A stretch of DNA of 64,000 bases from Octopus sinensis (Eukaryota): positions 22,816,001 to 22,880,000 of the forward strand of contig NC_043015.1 in NCBI RefSeq assembly GCF_006345805.1, written 5' to 3'. Shown piece after piece: positions 1-14,879 of the stretch. Both the position numbers and the translations under genes were made by a program. The number at the start of each line of letters is the position of its first letter. The stretch's first letter is position 1. The notes beneath the pieces were generated by a model that worked only from the letters and a program-made list of their open reading frames with translations, did no database searches and was not told where the DNA came from.

Positions 1-1697
1 TATGTTTCCATTATAATATACAGGGTGCTATATATGGTATTTACAGTTATAGAATATAATAACCAAAATGAACAAGTTAGTCGATGTTGTGGTGTTGGTA
101 TTTTTGCTCAAAAATTCCGATATTACTGAGGTGGTATATTCATCTGGTATAAGACCTAGAGGTTTGAACAAAATGCTTCCCATTGATTTATTTAGGCGCA
201 ATGTCAGAGGGAGTTTGATCGTTCTAAGTATGTTGGCAATGCTGGAATCTTCCAGCTATATTAGACATCAAAGCGAAGCAAAGCAGATTATTTGAAGGAA
301 GATTAAAATTGACGACAAATATCATGTGATTGAGCAAATACTGATGATGTAATTTAGTAGAATCTCCTGAAAAAATATCAAGAGACGCCAGAGGAATTAG
401 TCGCATCACGCAGTGCTTCCCGTATTTAATTAATTTAACTGACAGGAAAATTATGCAGCAAGTATGAATATATAAAATAATTTGTTACGTCATAAATTCA
501 TAGAATAAATGGCAAAATTTATTGAGAAACGCTGGATTCATCAGAATGACTCACATCAAGCCTTTGCCCCGAATGCTTTTGAACAATCACATGAATACTA
601 ACCTTTGTGAGTGGCAAGTTCCAAAATTTAACTAATTATAATTCTTTCAATGCTCTCCTTTACTGATGAGGTCCAATAATACGGAAAAATGTCACGGGTC
701 ATCTCATATTGAATACCCATCAAACTCTCCGACGACTCTATTTCATATTTAATTAACTATAATTAAACGTTTAGGTCTCTCGTATATTTTGAACAACATT
801 TATGATCTACAAACAAATCCTTTCATATTATTAAATAGAAAATTTAAATTAATATGTTTGGAGATAATTATGTTGGCATCTATTTTACTAAGCAGAATCG
901 CTTCAAATGTCTTAACAGTTAATCATTTAGCCACCTAAAACCAGTAGGCACATCTCCCTTAGAGTTCAATTTGCCGTCGTAAAACAATAAAACAAGAGAT
1001 ACAATGTTTAATACAAGATATCTCACTGAAATGAATGAATGGTGGTATCTGGTGTATATTTTATCAGAGCTTTCTCAATTACGTTTGGCCTGGGAATAAA
1101 CCACAACAAAAGAAAACAAAGACGATGACGGCTACCCGAAATATTTGTTCATGAATATTGCCAATAAATTTGATCAGTCAATCACATGTGACTTTCATCA
1201 TAAACGATCAAGCAGAAAACTGCATTTTAGCGAAATGAAGATATGAAATACACATAGATATTTCTTAACACCAGGGGAGTAGAGACTTTTTTTCAACACA
1301 ACAATGGAAAATGTAGTTCTAAACGAATTAAAACAGCACAATGAAATCCTTTATCGCTATTTCGTCTAAGTGTATCGTTGCATGATCGGCACATGGGAGT
1401 ATGATCAGCTATGTAATCCCTGAAATGATTCTAGAGCAAGAGAAAATGGCTATAAACTGTAATGGATTTCTGCATCTCACTGCTCATCTAACTCTTCTCT
1501 CAATTTTACGCGACAATACTTACTGTACATCGGAGATGAAATTTTTTTCTCTTCCAGAGCAACATTTTCATGCAGGTAAAGTGACTTCAGCGGAAATTGA
1601 ACACAAATCAATCTACCCCCAGTTTATATTGCAAGGTCAACAGATTTTTGTTGATCGAATAGCAGCCCTATATATATTAGTGTGTATATTATTATCT

Positions 1698-1752
<55 letters not shown>

Positions 1753-2439
1753 TTATAGTGATGAAGGAGAAGAAAACAAATGCCAAGGGTAAAAACGAAC
1801 GGTCATTAAGGACGATTTCCAGCATCGTTAGTTAAATTTCTTGTAGTTGATCTACGGAAAAACGGACCAAAAATTTGAGTTAGATTGTGAGATGGGCGCA
1901 GGTTAGAGACGTCAAAAATGTACTACGCGTTGTTGTTTGCATTACATGCAATGTCGACTAACGTCAGAATATTTATTCTAGCTGGTTTGTACGATCTTTC
2001 GGAAACTAGCAGTTTTTTAAATTACTTTTGGAGTTTATTCATACAGTTATAAGGAGTATTGGAGGGTTACATTTTTATTGAATCATGTGACACTGATAGT
2101 TAAATTTCAATAAGCTGTCTTAAGAGTGTAAATTATATATTCAAAAGTGCTTCAAAATTAATTGCAAGGGAATTATATATGTCGTCATTTGATGGTGGCA
2201 TAGATTTTAGAGGTTAATATATATTATTCAACGTAGATAATGGGTATTAGTTCAAACTACTACGGATTTTACAACTTTTTATATACAAGTTTTCTTTCAC
2301 ATATGTTACGTGCACATGCATATGATTGCACACATAGATATGTGTGTGCGTGTGTTTAACTGGACAAATATGCTTTTACATTTGCACATCTGGTAAGATC
2401 ACAGTACTTGCACACGCATTTGTGCAAGTTTATGTTTAC

Positions 2440-2485
2440 TAGTGGATAATTTATTGAATATATATATACGTACATATATATATAT

Positions 2486-2524
<39 letters not shown>

Positions 2525-2830
2525 CATGCCCACGCACACACACAAATATATATACCTATATATACATATATACATGTATACATCCATACACACACATATA
2601 TATATATATATACACGTGCATATACATATATATCTATAATATATACATTTATGTGTATACTTATATATATCTATATATATCTCTCTTTCTCTTTCTCTCT
2701 CTCTCACTATATATATGTATATATATATATATACATATACATACATACAGATATATACAGGTACACACAGCTACTTAAAAATGTACGCATACATGTACAC
2801 ATCTGGATATATTTATACATATATATCCAT
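2440..2830. repeat. compound (TA)n/(CA)n microsatellite
   Basis: Directly visible TA/CA dinucleotide arrays; the YIYI-type ORFs here are artefacts. Confidence 0.95.
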
Positions 2831-3634
2831 ACGATGGTGTTAGCGAATCTCAGAAAGTTCATCCACGCTATAAAATGTATGTGACGAACAAATACTTGTA
2901 GAAAACATGTGAATATATACGCAGCTGAGAAATAATAAATTATTTATACAGAACGAACTCATTGCCACTGCTTGCTTTTCATTCAGAAATTCCAATCTGA
3001 AAAGATATATTCCCGAGACGAATTAAATTAAGCAATCCCCTCTAAGCTCTTTATAGCGATTCTGTGGTATATTCGAGCTAGTTAATCTTATGTCGTAGAT
3101 GCCCTCAGAGAATTTTAATTTCTCATATGAGATTCTTACTGAAATTGCGTATTACATTCACGAATTCACCCTATAAGTACAGATATACTAAAATTTCTGA
3201 GGGAAGGTCAATATATAAATACATATGTATTAATACACACGCAAGCACACGGACATGCGCGCAGACACAGAAGCACACAGAAACACATACGCACACACTC
3301 AAATACACACAAACACAGATATAAACAGTGCGTGTAAAGGGGAACAGTAGAGTAAACATATTTAATCATGCGTTATGGTTCATGTACCAGTAAACAATCT
3401 GGAAACTTGAATGCATATACACATGTGCTTTTGTGTGTGCATGTGAAGGCGTGTACGAGTGCGTGCGTGAGCGTGTATGTGTGTGTCTGCATATAAATAA
3501 GCATGCATATATTTATTTGTACATTTATAGAGGCGATTAAGCAGATAAGCAAATAAAACAGCTTGGGTTTGGTATACAATATATATATATATACGCATAC
3601 ATACAGACAGAACGATTTTCACACGATGACTATT

Positions 3635-3677
<43 letters not shown>

Positions 3678-4849
3678 GTCAAGGTAGAAAATTCTAAAAT
3701 AATTTTATAAAAAAAACATTTCAGTAACGGTTTCTGTCATCGCGATTTTTCAACTGTAAATATGAAAAACAATTAAATTTTATCAAAATTAAAAGATAAG
3801 ACTTTTAAATGAATATTTACATAGTATACAAATGCAAGAGGTATTTTCTTGTTCCTACCTGTCTCTGTCTCTCTTGTTTATTCTTGTGGGTCCGAGGCCG
3901 TTATGAATTCTTGAATATCCCCTTCAACCGAGCAAAATGATATGTACTATAGTTTCTAATGCAAAAACCAGAAAAAATTTAAAAATCAATGAATAATTCA
4001 GAACTTCTGTGACACTATCGATCTGCCAACAGTCATGCGGTTAGGTGAGCCTCTATTCGGTACCCCAAAAAGCTTGAAAGAAGGACTAATTCCAGATTAA
4101 ATCACTGTAATATGCCAGATAGAAATATCTAAACAAATGTTACTATTGTTTACAAAATGTTTAATACAAAACAAAAACAATTTAACAAATGAATATCAAA
4201 TAGAGTTCTGTAGTAATATGGTTTTAAGCAGGAAATGTCAGAGGCTTAATGCTTTTCGGAGTTATTTTATTCTATAATTTCTATGCACATTTAGCAGCAA
4301 CACTCTAGATTTGACTGCATGCGCAGTTCTGGATCTTACATTATATTATATTCATCATTTGATAAACGCCAAAACATTTATTTTATTTCCTTGAAGATAA
4401 AAGCTTATCAATAGTATATACCTTAACTTATACTATGTTATCTTTTCGTGGTTGATGGAACAGATTATCAATGATAGTGAGTGTTAGATTGCTTAACGGC
4501 TTTGAAGAATTCAATTGGAAGTTACTCTCCTCTAGATATTGTGATACAATGTATTGTAATTTTTATGAAAAATGATCGCTTTTTTTCTGTGCGTGTGTGT
4601 TTTGCAAAGATAGTTTATTGTCATGACAACACAGGAAGAAGATTTTAAGGTTTGGCGGAATCTGTTGTGCCTGTGAAAAAACAAGGGTGTATAATTACAC
4701 CACTTTCCATTTCCACCGTGACAGATTATTTATTGAATCCGATACCCCTTCCATAAAATGAAATAACAGTAACAACAACAATAATAATAATGCGCTCTCA
4801 CAGAATCTACCACAACAACCAAGACCGAACGGGCTGAGAAGTAACACAA

Positions 4850-4886
<37 letters not shown>

Positions 4887-5409
4887 AATAATAATAATAA
4901 TAATAATATTAATAATAGAGTGTCGGTGTCTCATCTGCCGTAGTAAAGGTGTTAATGAAAATAGTAACAGTCATATTTTCTTGTCCCTTCAGTCGCCTCT
5001 CATCGTTTTCAGAAAATGGACATTCTGTGCACGTGTTACATATCAGTACTATTTACTCTTCATACCAAGTACCATACTGTTTCTGCTTCGCCAATTCTTT
5101 ACTATCGTTGATAATTACGATGGAGATATTTCATTCTGTACAAAGTCTAGTGTAGTGATTAGGCGGGGGGGGGGGCATAACGTATAATTAATTAATTAGC
5201 GGTTATTGATTTCTGATTCAAGCACGATGTTACAGATTTAAACAAGAATAATACATGAGATTGTTTGAGGTTATGCTGTGAGGGAATCACTCGAAAACAC
5301 CCGGAAATAATGATGGGTAGCAGACCCCTAACTCTCAGCAAAATTAACAAAATTCTATACACAGTATAGAATCATAAATCCTTTCAGGCATAATACTATA
5401 TTGAATGGA

Positions 5410-5624
5410 TATATGTATATGTCTGTCTGTCTGTCTGTCTGTATGTATGTATGTATGTATGTACATATATATGTATTATATATGTGTGTGTGTTTATATA
5501 TATATGTATATATATACGTATGTATGCGCGTATATATGTTTGTATGCATATATATGTATATGTATGGATTTATATATATATATGTATATGTATGGAAGTA
5601 TATATATATATATATACATACATA

Positions 5625-5692
<68 letters not shown>

Positions 5693-5740
5693 ATGTGTGT
5701 GTGTCTGTAATTATGTATACGTGTATGCATATATATATAA
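5410..5740. repeat. compound (CTGT)n/(ATGT)n/(TA)n microsatellite
   Basis: Directly visible. Confidence 0.95.
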
Positions 5741-5799
5741 GTGTGAAACATTTAATCAGTATTCAATCGTTAGATTGACACATGGCTGTTAGTAAATTA

Positions 5800-6260
5800 A
5801 TGTGTAGATTTCCACTCACGCGCACACGTCTCCGAGATATGTATAGGTAAGTAGCAGACACAGAGTATTGTGTTATCTTCAACCATAGACCTATTGTTAC
5901 ATTATTGCTCAAGCAATACCAATAATGCCAGAGCGTAATATATTCCATTCTTAAAATTATGGCGATATTATTCACCATCCTGATCGAATGCCATTCAATT
6001 ATCATCACTCGTTTCCCGAAGCACAACTCCGTAGATGAGAAATATACAGTTCTCGATTCCTGGCATTCTTGTATTGTGCGACTTATATATTTATCACAAT
6101 CGGTCCCCATGAAATTTTGAAAATAAACGCAGGTTAATATTTTCTAAGAAAGAGGATGTTGAAGCCTCATGTAAGTTATTATTGTAATCTAAATTGTCAA
6201 TACAGACCGTTTGCCGTGACAGGCTACAGCAGGAGAAAGGCCACTTAGCGAACCACAAGT
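5800..6260 (-). mobile_element. highly decayed pogo/Tigger-like (DDE_1) transposase relic
   Basis: Minus-strand translation gives PAFIFK followed by SGW*IISP*F*EW, resembling the DDE_1 pattern PP.iIFK...sGW....F.eW; many stops. Confidence 0.3.
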
Positions 6261-6959
6261 CATACTTTTAATGACACTCCGTTTGATAATGCGATATTGT
6301 ATAGAGATACCTTATAAACATTAATCATTTTGCCTCGTGAAATTTTCGGGAGGTGACAATAAAATATGCGAATTTCTAATAGTTGCTACTTATATCACAA
6401 GCTGTTGCACGATACAGTCACACATGCTATTATATAGAGCTAATGATATGGCTACTATGAGATTGATTGACCTCCTACAAATAGCAGCGAAATATAATTT
6501 GAAGTCACACCAATTTTAGCTGCTGAATATTACGAGCTGGAAAATGTACAGCCAATCCGTTCAAGGTTCAAACGTAAATGCTACATAAGAAGCCTTTCAT
6601 GACAAATCGATAGGTAAGGGAAAAAGGAACTGGGAGTAGGGAGAGAGAAAATAAGTGCTGAGAGAATAGTATAGGTTCAGTAAGGTTTGGTTGTGGTATA
6701 TTTATTACATAACTTCGGGGTTCAATAAAATACAGACTAATTATGTAAGGGGTTGGTGTAACTGCTTTACACGCCCCGCTCAAATGGTTGGTCTGGTGCA
6801 GAAGTTTGAAATCATCAGGACCGTCATCACCAACCGCATTGTCAACATCACTATCACCACCACCACCAACAACGACAACAAGAACAACACTACCAGCACC
6901 AGCACCACCACCATCATCATCACCATCATCTTTATTAGTATTATACATTATACTTTTTC

Positions 6960-7170
6960 ATCCCAGCTTTTGTTGTAACCACTAGAACGGGCTTGCTGCC
7001 TGCTATCTGTTCTTTTCAAACATTTATTGCTTCTTTTTCAATAAACACTCTATCTGGTTTCCTGTTCTCTATCTCATGGTCACACCGAATCGTAAACTCC
7101 CATAGGAACTTTGCATTATCATTTTCGATGATGCCTTCCTTCGGGATTAGGTTCGTAGCACACAAACACT
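6960..7170 (-). mobile_element. R4/Dong-like REL endonuclease fragment
   Basis: EGIIENDNAKFLWEFTIRCDHEIENRKPD matches the E-N..KILWDF.IQCD....R.PD motif and the element at 55440-55560. Confidence 0.7.
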
Positions 7171-7535
7171 TGTCACGAAGTGTGCTGTTAATTTCACAAC
7201 ACTCAGTTTTCAACTCAAGTTTAAAAAAGAAAAACACGTTAACATGTTTTCTCGAATTAGAAAAATAATTACAGGGAGATATTATAATAAAATAATTGTC
7301 ACTAGATGATTAGATAATATTGTGTAACGCAAAGCTAACAGAAATTACAATACGGTAAACTTCTATAGTATTTAATTTGAGATGAATGCAACAATTAGTT
7401 AGTGACGCCAAATCCTTATATGCATATTTACACAAATACACATATGTGAACACATATACACACGCTCACCCATACACCTATCTATTTATCTCTCTATCTA
7501 GCTCTCTCATTCTCCTCCCCCTCTCTCTATTTATG

Positions 7536-7580
<45 letters not shown>

Positions 7581-8102
7581 CTTTATATATCTACACAATC
7601 ACACACAGACACACATGCATACATACATATGAGTTTATGATGGTTCAACGGAAGTTTTAAATTACAGGACTCAATACAAATGTAAAATATTCATTTATAC
7701 AGTATAATGTATAAAAGAATGTTATACACTCTGATCACCCATACTTAGCGTTGCTCCTTTCCGATCTTCAGCTAGTGAACCGAGCCTGATTATGTATAGA
7801 AATATCCACTTTAGCAATATTCTTGAAATATAACATAAAAGTTTGTTGGAAACGCCTATCCTTAGGTTCTTTCTTTTGAAAACTTTTGTGGACGACAAAT
7901 AGGAAAATGGCTGTTTGAAAGCCACGTGCTTGATTATATTTTTTCTTACTTGTTAACGTAGTAATAATAATATCATTGAACACATCATAACGCTATACAA
8001 TCATAATCATGAAACTGCGTGGCTGCTTAAGCCATGTGGAAAATGATACTTGTAATCATACTTGTAATGTGTCTATATATATATGTGTGTGTGTGTGTAA
8101 AT

Positions 8103-8146
<44 letters not shown>

Positions 8147-8267
8147 AATATAATATGTACATATATGTACATAGATAAATATATACATGTATATATACAC
8201 ACGTATACACACAAAAAACACACCGCACACACACATACTTATTTATATGTTGATAGATAAAAAACGG

Positions 8268-8421
8268 GCTTCTTTCAGTTTCCGTTTACCAATTCCCCTC
8301 ACAAGACTTTGGCAGGCTTCACCTTATGCTAGAAGGCGACATTTGATCAAGGGGCCATGCAGTTTCACAGAACCTGGAACTAAGTGATTTGGAGACAAAG
8401 TTCTTACCTCACAGCCACGCA
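8268..8421 (-). mobile_element. tRNA-derived SINE remnant
   Basis: tctttcagtttccg...acagaacctggaac...ttcttacctcacagccacgc has a degenerate tRNA-like head on the minus strand and resembles abundant octopus SINEs (recalled). Confidence 0.55.
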
Positions 8422-8529
8422 TATGTTTGTGTGTGTGTGAGTATACTAAGACATTTGTATGGGGAGACTATTATATAATTAAATTAATCATAAAGTAACC
8501 GTGAACATTGGAGACTGATGCATCACTGT

Positions 8530-8700
8530 AAATTCATTAGAAGTAATTTCGTCTTAAGACTTTTTGTACAAATGTTCCACTAATTCTCATGGCTGACATC
8601 TATTGACATCCGCAACTTTTTCTTGGACGTGTCAATTCAAGAAATGATTTTGCCACCGACAACATTACTCGTCAGGAAATAAGCTTTGTTTTTCATTTAG
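8530..8700 (+). mobile_element. possible Penelope-like RT C-terminal relic
   Basis: Translation includes NFFLDVSI, similar to the PLE RT FLDV.I motif; otherwise decayed. Confidence 0.25.
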
Positions 8701-8839
8701 AATAAACAACACGCTGGTAAGCCGTCTCATGCAATCTGTCCGTCTACCTCGCATTCACACGCATTTTATATATAGATATATACATGTATGTATCAATACG
8801 CACATGTATTTTGTATTTATGCTTGTAGTTACGTTTATA

Positions 8840-8866
8840 TTTATTTATTTACGTGTGCATGTGTTT

Positions 8867-8933
<67 letters not shown>

Positions 8934-8970
8934 CATACATATATACATACATACATGCATACATACTTAC

Positions 8971-9001
<31 letters not shown>

Positions 9002-9143
9002 ATACATGTCAATATTTACTTTAGTGAGCATATGCAATTACACGTTCGTGTTTATAGACGTGAATATATATATATATTTATGTATACACACACAAACACA
9101 CGCACACATACATGTATATATATATATATGAGTGTATATGTGC

Positions 9144-9203
<60 letters not shown>

Positions 9204-9235
9204 TCATATATATACATATATATTCATATATAAGT
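8840..9235. repeat. compound (TA)n/(CATA)n microsatellite
   Basis: Directly visible. Confidence 0.95.
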
Positions 9236-9909
9236 GTATAGCTCTGTGCATGTGTACATGCGTTATGTGTATTCGAACATATGCACATATGCATACGAAT
9301 CTCTGTTGCAATCGTTTGTTTGAATGCAAAACGAACTTCTCCCATTTTGCTATTTCGGTAAAGTGACAAATATAATTTACATTAAAGAAGAAGAAATAAG
9401 ACCAAATGAAATACTGAAGCTAAAACTAACGAAAATATTCGACAACACTAATAGTAAGAAGAGATGAAAACAAAAAAAATTCTAGTCTTGATTTCAATAT
9501 AAAAACCGCTAAAATAAATAAACAAAGAAAAACATTATAAAATATCTATAAAAAATTTGTAATGCTTAAGCAGCCGTGAAACTTCTAATTAGTCGAATGA
9601 TTAATATTCCTTGAAATAATTAGAATATTTCTTGCTAACGAATTTTCTCTTATATATTGTTTATTTATTTTCGGTCTACTACTTTTTTTTCTTTTCTAGA
9701 ATGCTCTGCAGTTTTCCTTTTCTTCTGTGTTACGCCGCAATTAGCGCTTCTTCTAACAATCTATTTTGCTGGAGTTACCATTATTGTTCTGGAATTAGCA
9801 ATTAATAAAGCAGTAAGAGGAAAAGTCGGTTTTTTTGTCACCATTTTTTAGTTTGCTCTTATACGTCTTCATTTTTCCCTGTTGCTGTCTCAATATTTTC
9901 CTGTTTGTT

Positions 9910-10092
<183 letters not shown>

Positions 10093-10245
10093 GGCGGTGA
10101 GCTGGCAGAACCATTAGCACGATGGACAAAGTGCTTAGCCCGTCACTACGTTCTGATTTCAAATTCCACCGAGGTCGACTTTGTCTTTCACCTTCACGGG
10201 GTCGACAAATTAGGTACCAGTGAAACACTAAAGTCGATGTAATCC
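10093..10245 (+). mobile_element. tRNA-derived SINE
   Basis: ggcggtgagctggcagaa (A-box-like) ... ttcaaattcc (B-box-like) ... gaggtcgactttg; same family as the minus-strand copies at 48338 and 51091. Confidence 0.75.
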
Positions 10246-10266
10246 TTGAGCCCTTTAGTGGAAAGG

Positions 10267-10361
<95 letters not shown>

Positions 10362-10379
10362 CATCATCATCATCAGTAT

Positions 10380-10751
10380 TGTTATTCATATACAACCAAC
10401 AGTTTAGACCTTTGGAAAATATAAGACTCCTAACATCGGGCTACAAAAAGTAGACTTAGATGCCAAGAACCCTCCTATTGGATTACAGCAATATCCTAAG
10501 TATCCAAGCTATTTCTAATAACTCTGATTTTCGTAGCTGTACTTAACTGAGTGTTATGCTAATTTCTTCTAGCCATCTAGTCTGGTCTTTAGGAATAGTT
10601 CCCCACACACCTATAACTACTGGGATACGTTTTACTCGCACAGTTCATAGTCTCTGTAATGCAATAGCTGGATCCTGGTACTATCCTATTTATTCATACT
10701 TCTCTTATTAATCGTTTCATCTTTTGCTACACTAAAGTCAATTATCTGACT

Positions 10752-10828
<77 letters not shown>

Positions 10829-11050
10829 GCCACCAAATATGGCCTTCTAGCTTCTATTTCTCTTTCAGTCTGAATGCTACAGTCGCACAAAATCTTATAT
10901 TCCTTACTTTCTAATACTTTACTAGATTCATGGTTATACCATTTATCAGTATGTTCGAATCCTACCCTTCTCCCTAGATTGTCATGTTATTTCTTGTAAT
11001 CTTTCTGTGCCACCATGTTACATTCACTTAGTATATGAATAGTGCTTTCC
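10380..11050 (-). mobile_element. R4/Dong-like 3' fragment (zinc-knuckle tail + REL domain), split by (CTA)n at 10752-10828
   Basis: Minus translation EESTIHILSEC...HD...KVLESKEYKILCDCSIQTEREIEARRP, then IIDFSV...IPVVIGVWGTIP; runs into a (TAA)n tract at 10266-10375. Confidence 0.8.
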
Positions 11051-11149
11051 TCTTTTGATTTAAATAATCTACATTGTGAATCTACTTGCTTTTTCTCTAT
11101 CTTCTCTTTTATCCAAATAGTCCTCAATGCTTGATCTTATGCAGTAGAG

Positions 11150-11830
11150 ATATAGCGACGGGCGTGTTGATAAATTCTTCAATGTCATGCACAAATTTAG
11201 CGTTGTCAGAGATAGGGCACGTGCGCTAATAAATGAGGGAATGAAATCAGTTCGATAGACACGAGTCATGAAATGTAGAAACAGAGACTCTGCTCGGTCT
11301 TTGATGGGCCAGGGCTTGTGCATGCTACACAAGTCCATGGGTGCGGAATTGCAGCGGCATTTTGATGAAATATATGACAGTTGCGGTGTTTCGGAGATGG
11401 AGGTAGATTTCACATCCTACCTTGATAGCATGCCGATAACATTCAATGCCATACGGTATGCGATGCCAGGCTGCTCAAGGCAAAAGTCTCCAAGGCTGGA
11501 TGGTCTGCACTTTTAACTTTATATCTATATAACATACTTATTCGGTGATCTCTTGGCGGATATCTACGACAACTGGCAGCACAGTGGAAGAATTCCCAGT
11601 GCCTTGAACCTTATGGTGGAGATGCTAATAAGAAAGGACCCAAAGAAGGGGGACCAATAGATAATTTTAGGCTCGTAATTCTGCTATACGCAGATTACAA
11701 GATTTTGTCCTAGGAAGAGGTTGGCACTCGTCGTCGATAAACGTGTCGGTAAGGTGAAAACATGCAGTATTTCAACACGAAAACCTCAAACCCACGCGTT
11801 ACATCATAGACATGCCATGTATACCTGGAG
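11150..11830 (+). mobile_element. decayed Tx1-like LINE RT fragment
   Basis: VDFTSYLDS...KSPRLDGL...LFGDLLADIYDNWQHSG...DNFRL...KRLALVVDK aligns with the RT linker region at 25750-26170. Confidence 0.8.
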
Positions 11831-12577
11831 GCTGTTCCATACTGGAGTTTTATGGGAGAATAGAGGCGGGTAAAAGCGATGACGTACTCAGGGAGATACT
11901 GGGCGTCATTTAGCTGGTCATTACGGGATGACACTCGGGCAGGGACGTCTGAATAATTTCAAGAAAATCCTAACCTTGTATTCTAACTGGAGTGCTCTTC
12001 TAGATCGAGGTCAGCACTAGAGGCGGCATGAACGGACTCATCCGAGATGTGCTCTGGGTGTTGAAACTTCTCCATGTTGAGTATTGTCAAAAAGCTAATG
12101 ACGCGCGTAGGACGGGTTCGATTATGGGCAAAGTCACTTCATCTTTTTTTGGTTAGGAAGGGAAGGTAAATTTGCTCTGCTTGGGGGAAAGGTAGTGTGA
12201 TGAAAGAGGTTGAAAGAACTGAAGAGATGTACTCTCCTCTTCATCCAATCTCTCATCAAATGCTTCAGGTTTCGAAGGAAAGTGAGGATGGAGAGGAAAG
12301 TGCAACCTCGCCAGAAATTTTGCTGAAAATTAGGTGAATGTGATGATGTGGCCTTAACTGAAGAAAGGCTTCTAAAGAAGAGTTGAGAAGAAGACAGGCG
12401 CCTGTTCGATGTGTTTTGGCGGTTACAGTTACTCCATACTTTTGGGGATTTTTATTCTTAAAAATCATCTGATATTGTTTGATTATATATACGTCTTATT
12501 GAATTAAACCCCACTTTTCCATTAAGTTGTATTGTTCCTATATATTTTATTTGGGCCCTTGTGGCTATTACAAAATT

Positions 12578-12610
12578 ATTATTAATATTATTATTATTAT
12601 CATTATTATG

Positions 12611-12676
<66 letters not shown>
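12578..12676. repeat. (TTA)n tract
   Basis: Directly visible; forms the 3' tail of the adjacent minus-strand element. Confidence 0.95.
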
Positions 12677-12679
12677 TAT

Positions 12680-13075
12680 CTTTTTTTTCATTGTATTTGC
12701 ACAGCTTCTAACACTGGTGATGTACTACGCCGCCAAAGAACTAAGGTAACACCTCTTACTTTTCGAGCACCATCCTCTTTATAACCTCCTCCGACGGTAT
12801 CGGTAGCCCTTCCATACATTTTATTTTGCCTCTCTTCCAGTCTGACACACCACAATTTTTCAGTTCGAAGTCCATTCCGTTATCAGCACTGAAGGTATAC
12901 ACCGTATCAACGACAGAACTAACTTGGGATTCATCTTTACCATAAAGTTTGATGTCATCCATGAATAACAAGTGGTTGAATTTTTGTTGGCGGCTTTTGA
13001 ATAATACCCAGGCTTTGCTTTCCTCAGAATCAGTGTTAGTTGTATGTTTCACAGTACAAAAATGTGGTCATTCAA
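12680..13075 (-). mobile_element. internally deleted R4/Dong-like element (RT fragment fused to 3' end)
   Basis: NHLLFMDDIKLYGKDESQV matches 54390-54600; the sequence then jumps to VLEK* and the 3'UTR gtagtacatcaccagtgttagaagctgtgcaaat, shared with 55843-55881. Confidence 0.85.
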
Positions 13076-13094
13076 AATTATTATTATTATTATT

Positions 13095-14274
13095 CAGTAG
13101 TTTTATTTTTATAGCGTGCTTTCACTTCACTACCGAGCGCAGCTCTGTGTGCCTTGGCTATGTGCTGTGATTTGTTGTGATGCTCTGATGGTTATTGTAT
13201 GGAAAGTGTTCTGCGTAGGATGTGTGCAGTGCCTAGTAGTGCAATTTTCTGTATGTTATATGTGTTTGTAAGTCCTGGTGGTTTTGTTATGTATTTGTCT
13301 GAATATTTTTTTATCATGCCTAATGCACCTACTATGATAGGAATTGTTTCTGTTTTCAGGTTCCACATCCTAGTTACCTCTATTTCCAGGTCTTTGTATT
13401 TTGAGAGTTTCTCCATTTCTTTTAGAGACACGTTGTCATCTGCCGGTATTGATACATCAATTAGAAAGCATTTTTTTTCTTCATGATCTCTGACAACTAT
13501 ATCTGGTCTGTTGGCCTTAATTTCTCTATCTGTGTGTATCGGCATATCCCAGAGTATGGTGCTTTCTCGTTTTCTGTGACCTTTTCTGGTGTGTGCCTAT
13601 ACCATCTTTTTTTCTGTTGTTATTCCATAATGTTGGCATAGCTTCCAATGTATGTAGGTTCCAACTCTGTCATGTCTGTGAATATATTCCTTCTTAGCCA
13701 GGACTGGGCAGCTAGAGATAATATGATTTATTGTTTCTTGTCCATCTCCACATATTCTGCAGTTACTTGTAATATTTCTTTTCATTACATGTTTTTGGTA
13801 ATTTCTGGTGGGGAGGCTTTGGTCTTGTGCTGCAATTAAAAATCCCTCTGTTTTTGCTTTGAGTCCTGAGCTTCTCAACCATTGCTGGGATTTTTCTTTG
13901 TCTATTTCTTTTGCGTTTAGTTTAGTGCAGTATTTACCATGAAGGGGCTTTTCTTGCCATCGTTTTATCATGGCTCGTTGCTGTTCTATTTTTTAGTTTG
14001 GATTTCATTTGTTTTATAGCTTTTGTTGTTTCTTCATCATCTTCTTCTTCTTCTTTGTGTTTATTAGGTGGTATGATTTCTTGTTTGTATTTGTCAGCTT
14101 CCTTAAATACTGAGAACAGTTTTTTGTTTTGCTCGTGTTTTGCTGCTATCTGGATCAGTTTTCTTTCCTTCTGAAGTAGGTATTTTTGCAGTCCTATGGT
14201 GGTTATTTTATAGTAGTTTTCCAGCTGTATAAGGCCTCTACCACCTTCTATACGTTGTATATATATAGTCTTTC

Positions 14275-14277
<3 letters not shown>
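13095..14277 (-). mobile_element. 5'-truncated R4/Dong-like retrotransposon (CCHC + REL)
   Basis: RLYIQRIEGGRGL, WQEKPLHGKY, CRICGDGQETINHIISSC, NRPDIVVRD...LIDVSIP...KLSKYKDLEIE...GTAHILRRTLSIQ*; (TAA)n on both sides. Confidence 0.95.
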
Positions 14278-14346
<69 letters not shown>

Positions 14347-14391
14347 GTTATTATTATTATTGTTATTATTATTATTATTATTTTGTTATTA

Positions 14392-14455
<64 letters not shown>

Positions 14456-14478
14456 CATCATTATTATCATTATTATTT
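14278..14478. repeat. (TTA)n tract
   Basis: Directly visible. Confidence 0.95.
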
Positions 14479-14879
14479 GTTATTACCTGTGTATGTTTAT
14501 TTTGTTGCTAAGTTTATTTGCTTTAGTTAACAATATCAGAAACAACACTTTGGCAAATTTAAAGAAAAAATGTTTAGCAATTTTCGTCGTGTAAAAAACA
14601 AAATGGAATAATTGAAAAGCGAAGTGAGACATTTGCCGGAGGGGAAATTCATTTGATTTTCTATTTTCTACTTAGTTATGGTAACTATTAGCGTCATTAC
14701 GATATGATGCGTTTACAGTCTATCGACTATAGCGCTGCGTGATTAGAATAAAAATTGTGAAAGAATTAACTTACGCATCGTTCATATGAAAGTATAGGCA
14801 CACTCTCTTTCGCGCTCTTAGCTCTCTCATTTGCTTTTTGTTCCCCCCCTCTCTCTCTCTCTATATATATATATATATG

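Noticed and set aside
1401-1835. 144-aa ORF
   Set aside because: Runs through a microsatellite, and no domain or transposase motif is convincing in any frame.
11990-12470. Possible additional Tx1 ORF1 relic on the minus strand
   Set aside because: Only vague similarity (IYLPFLTKKDEV); no zinc knuckle found.
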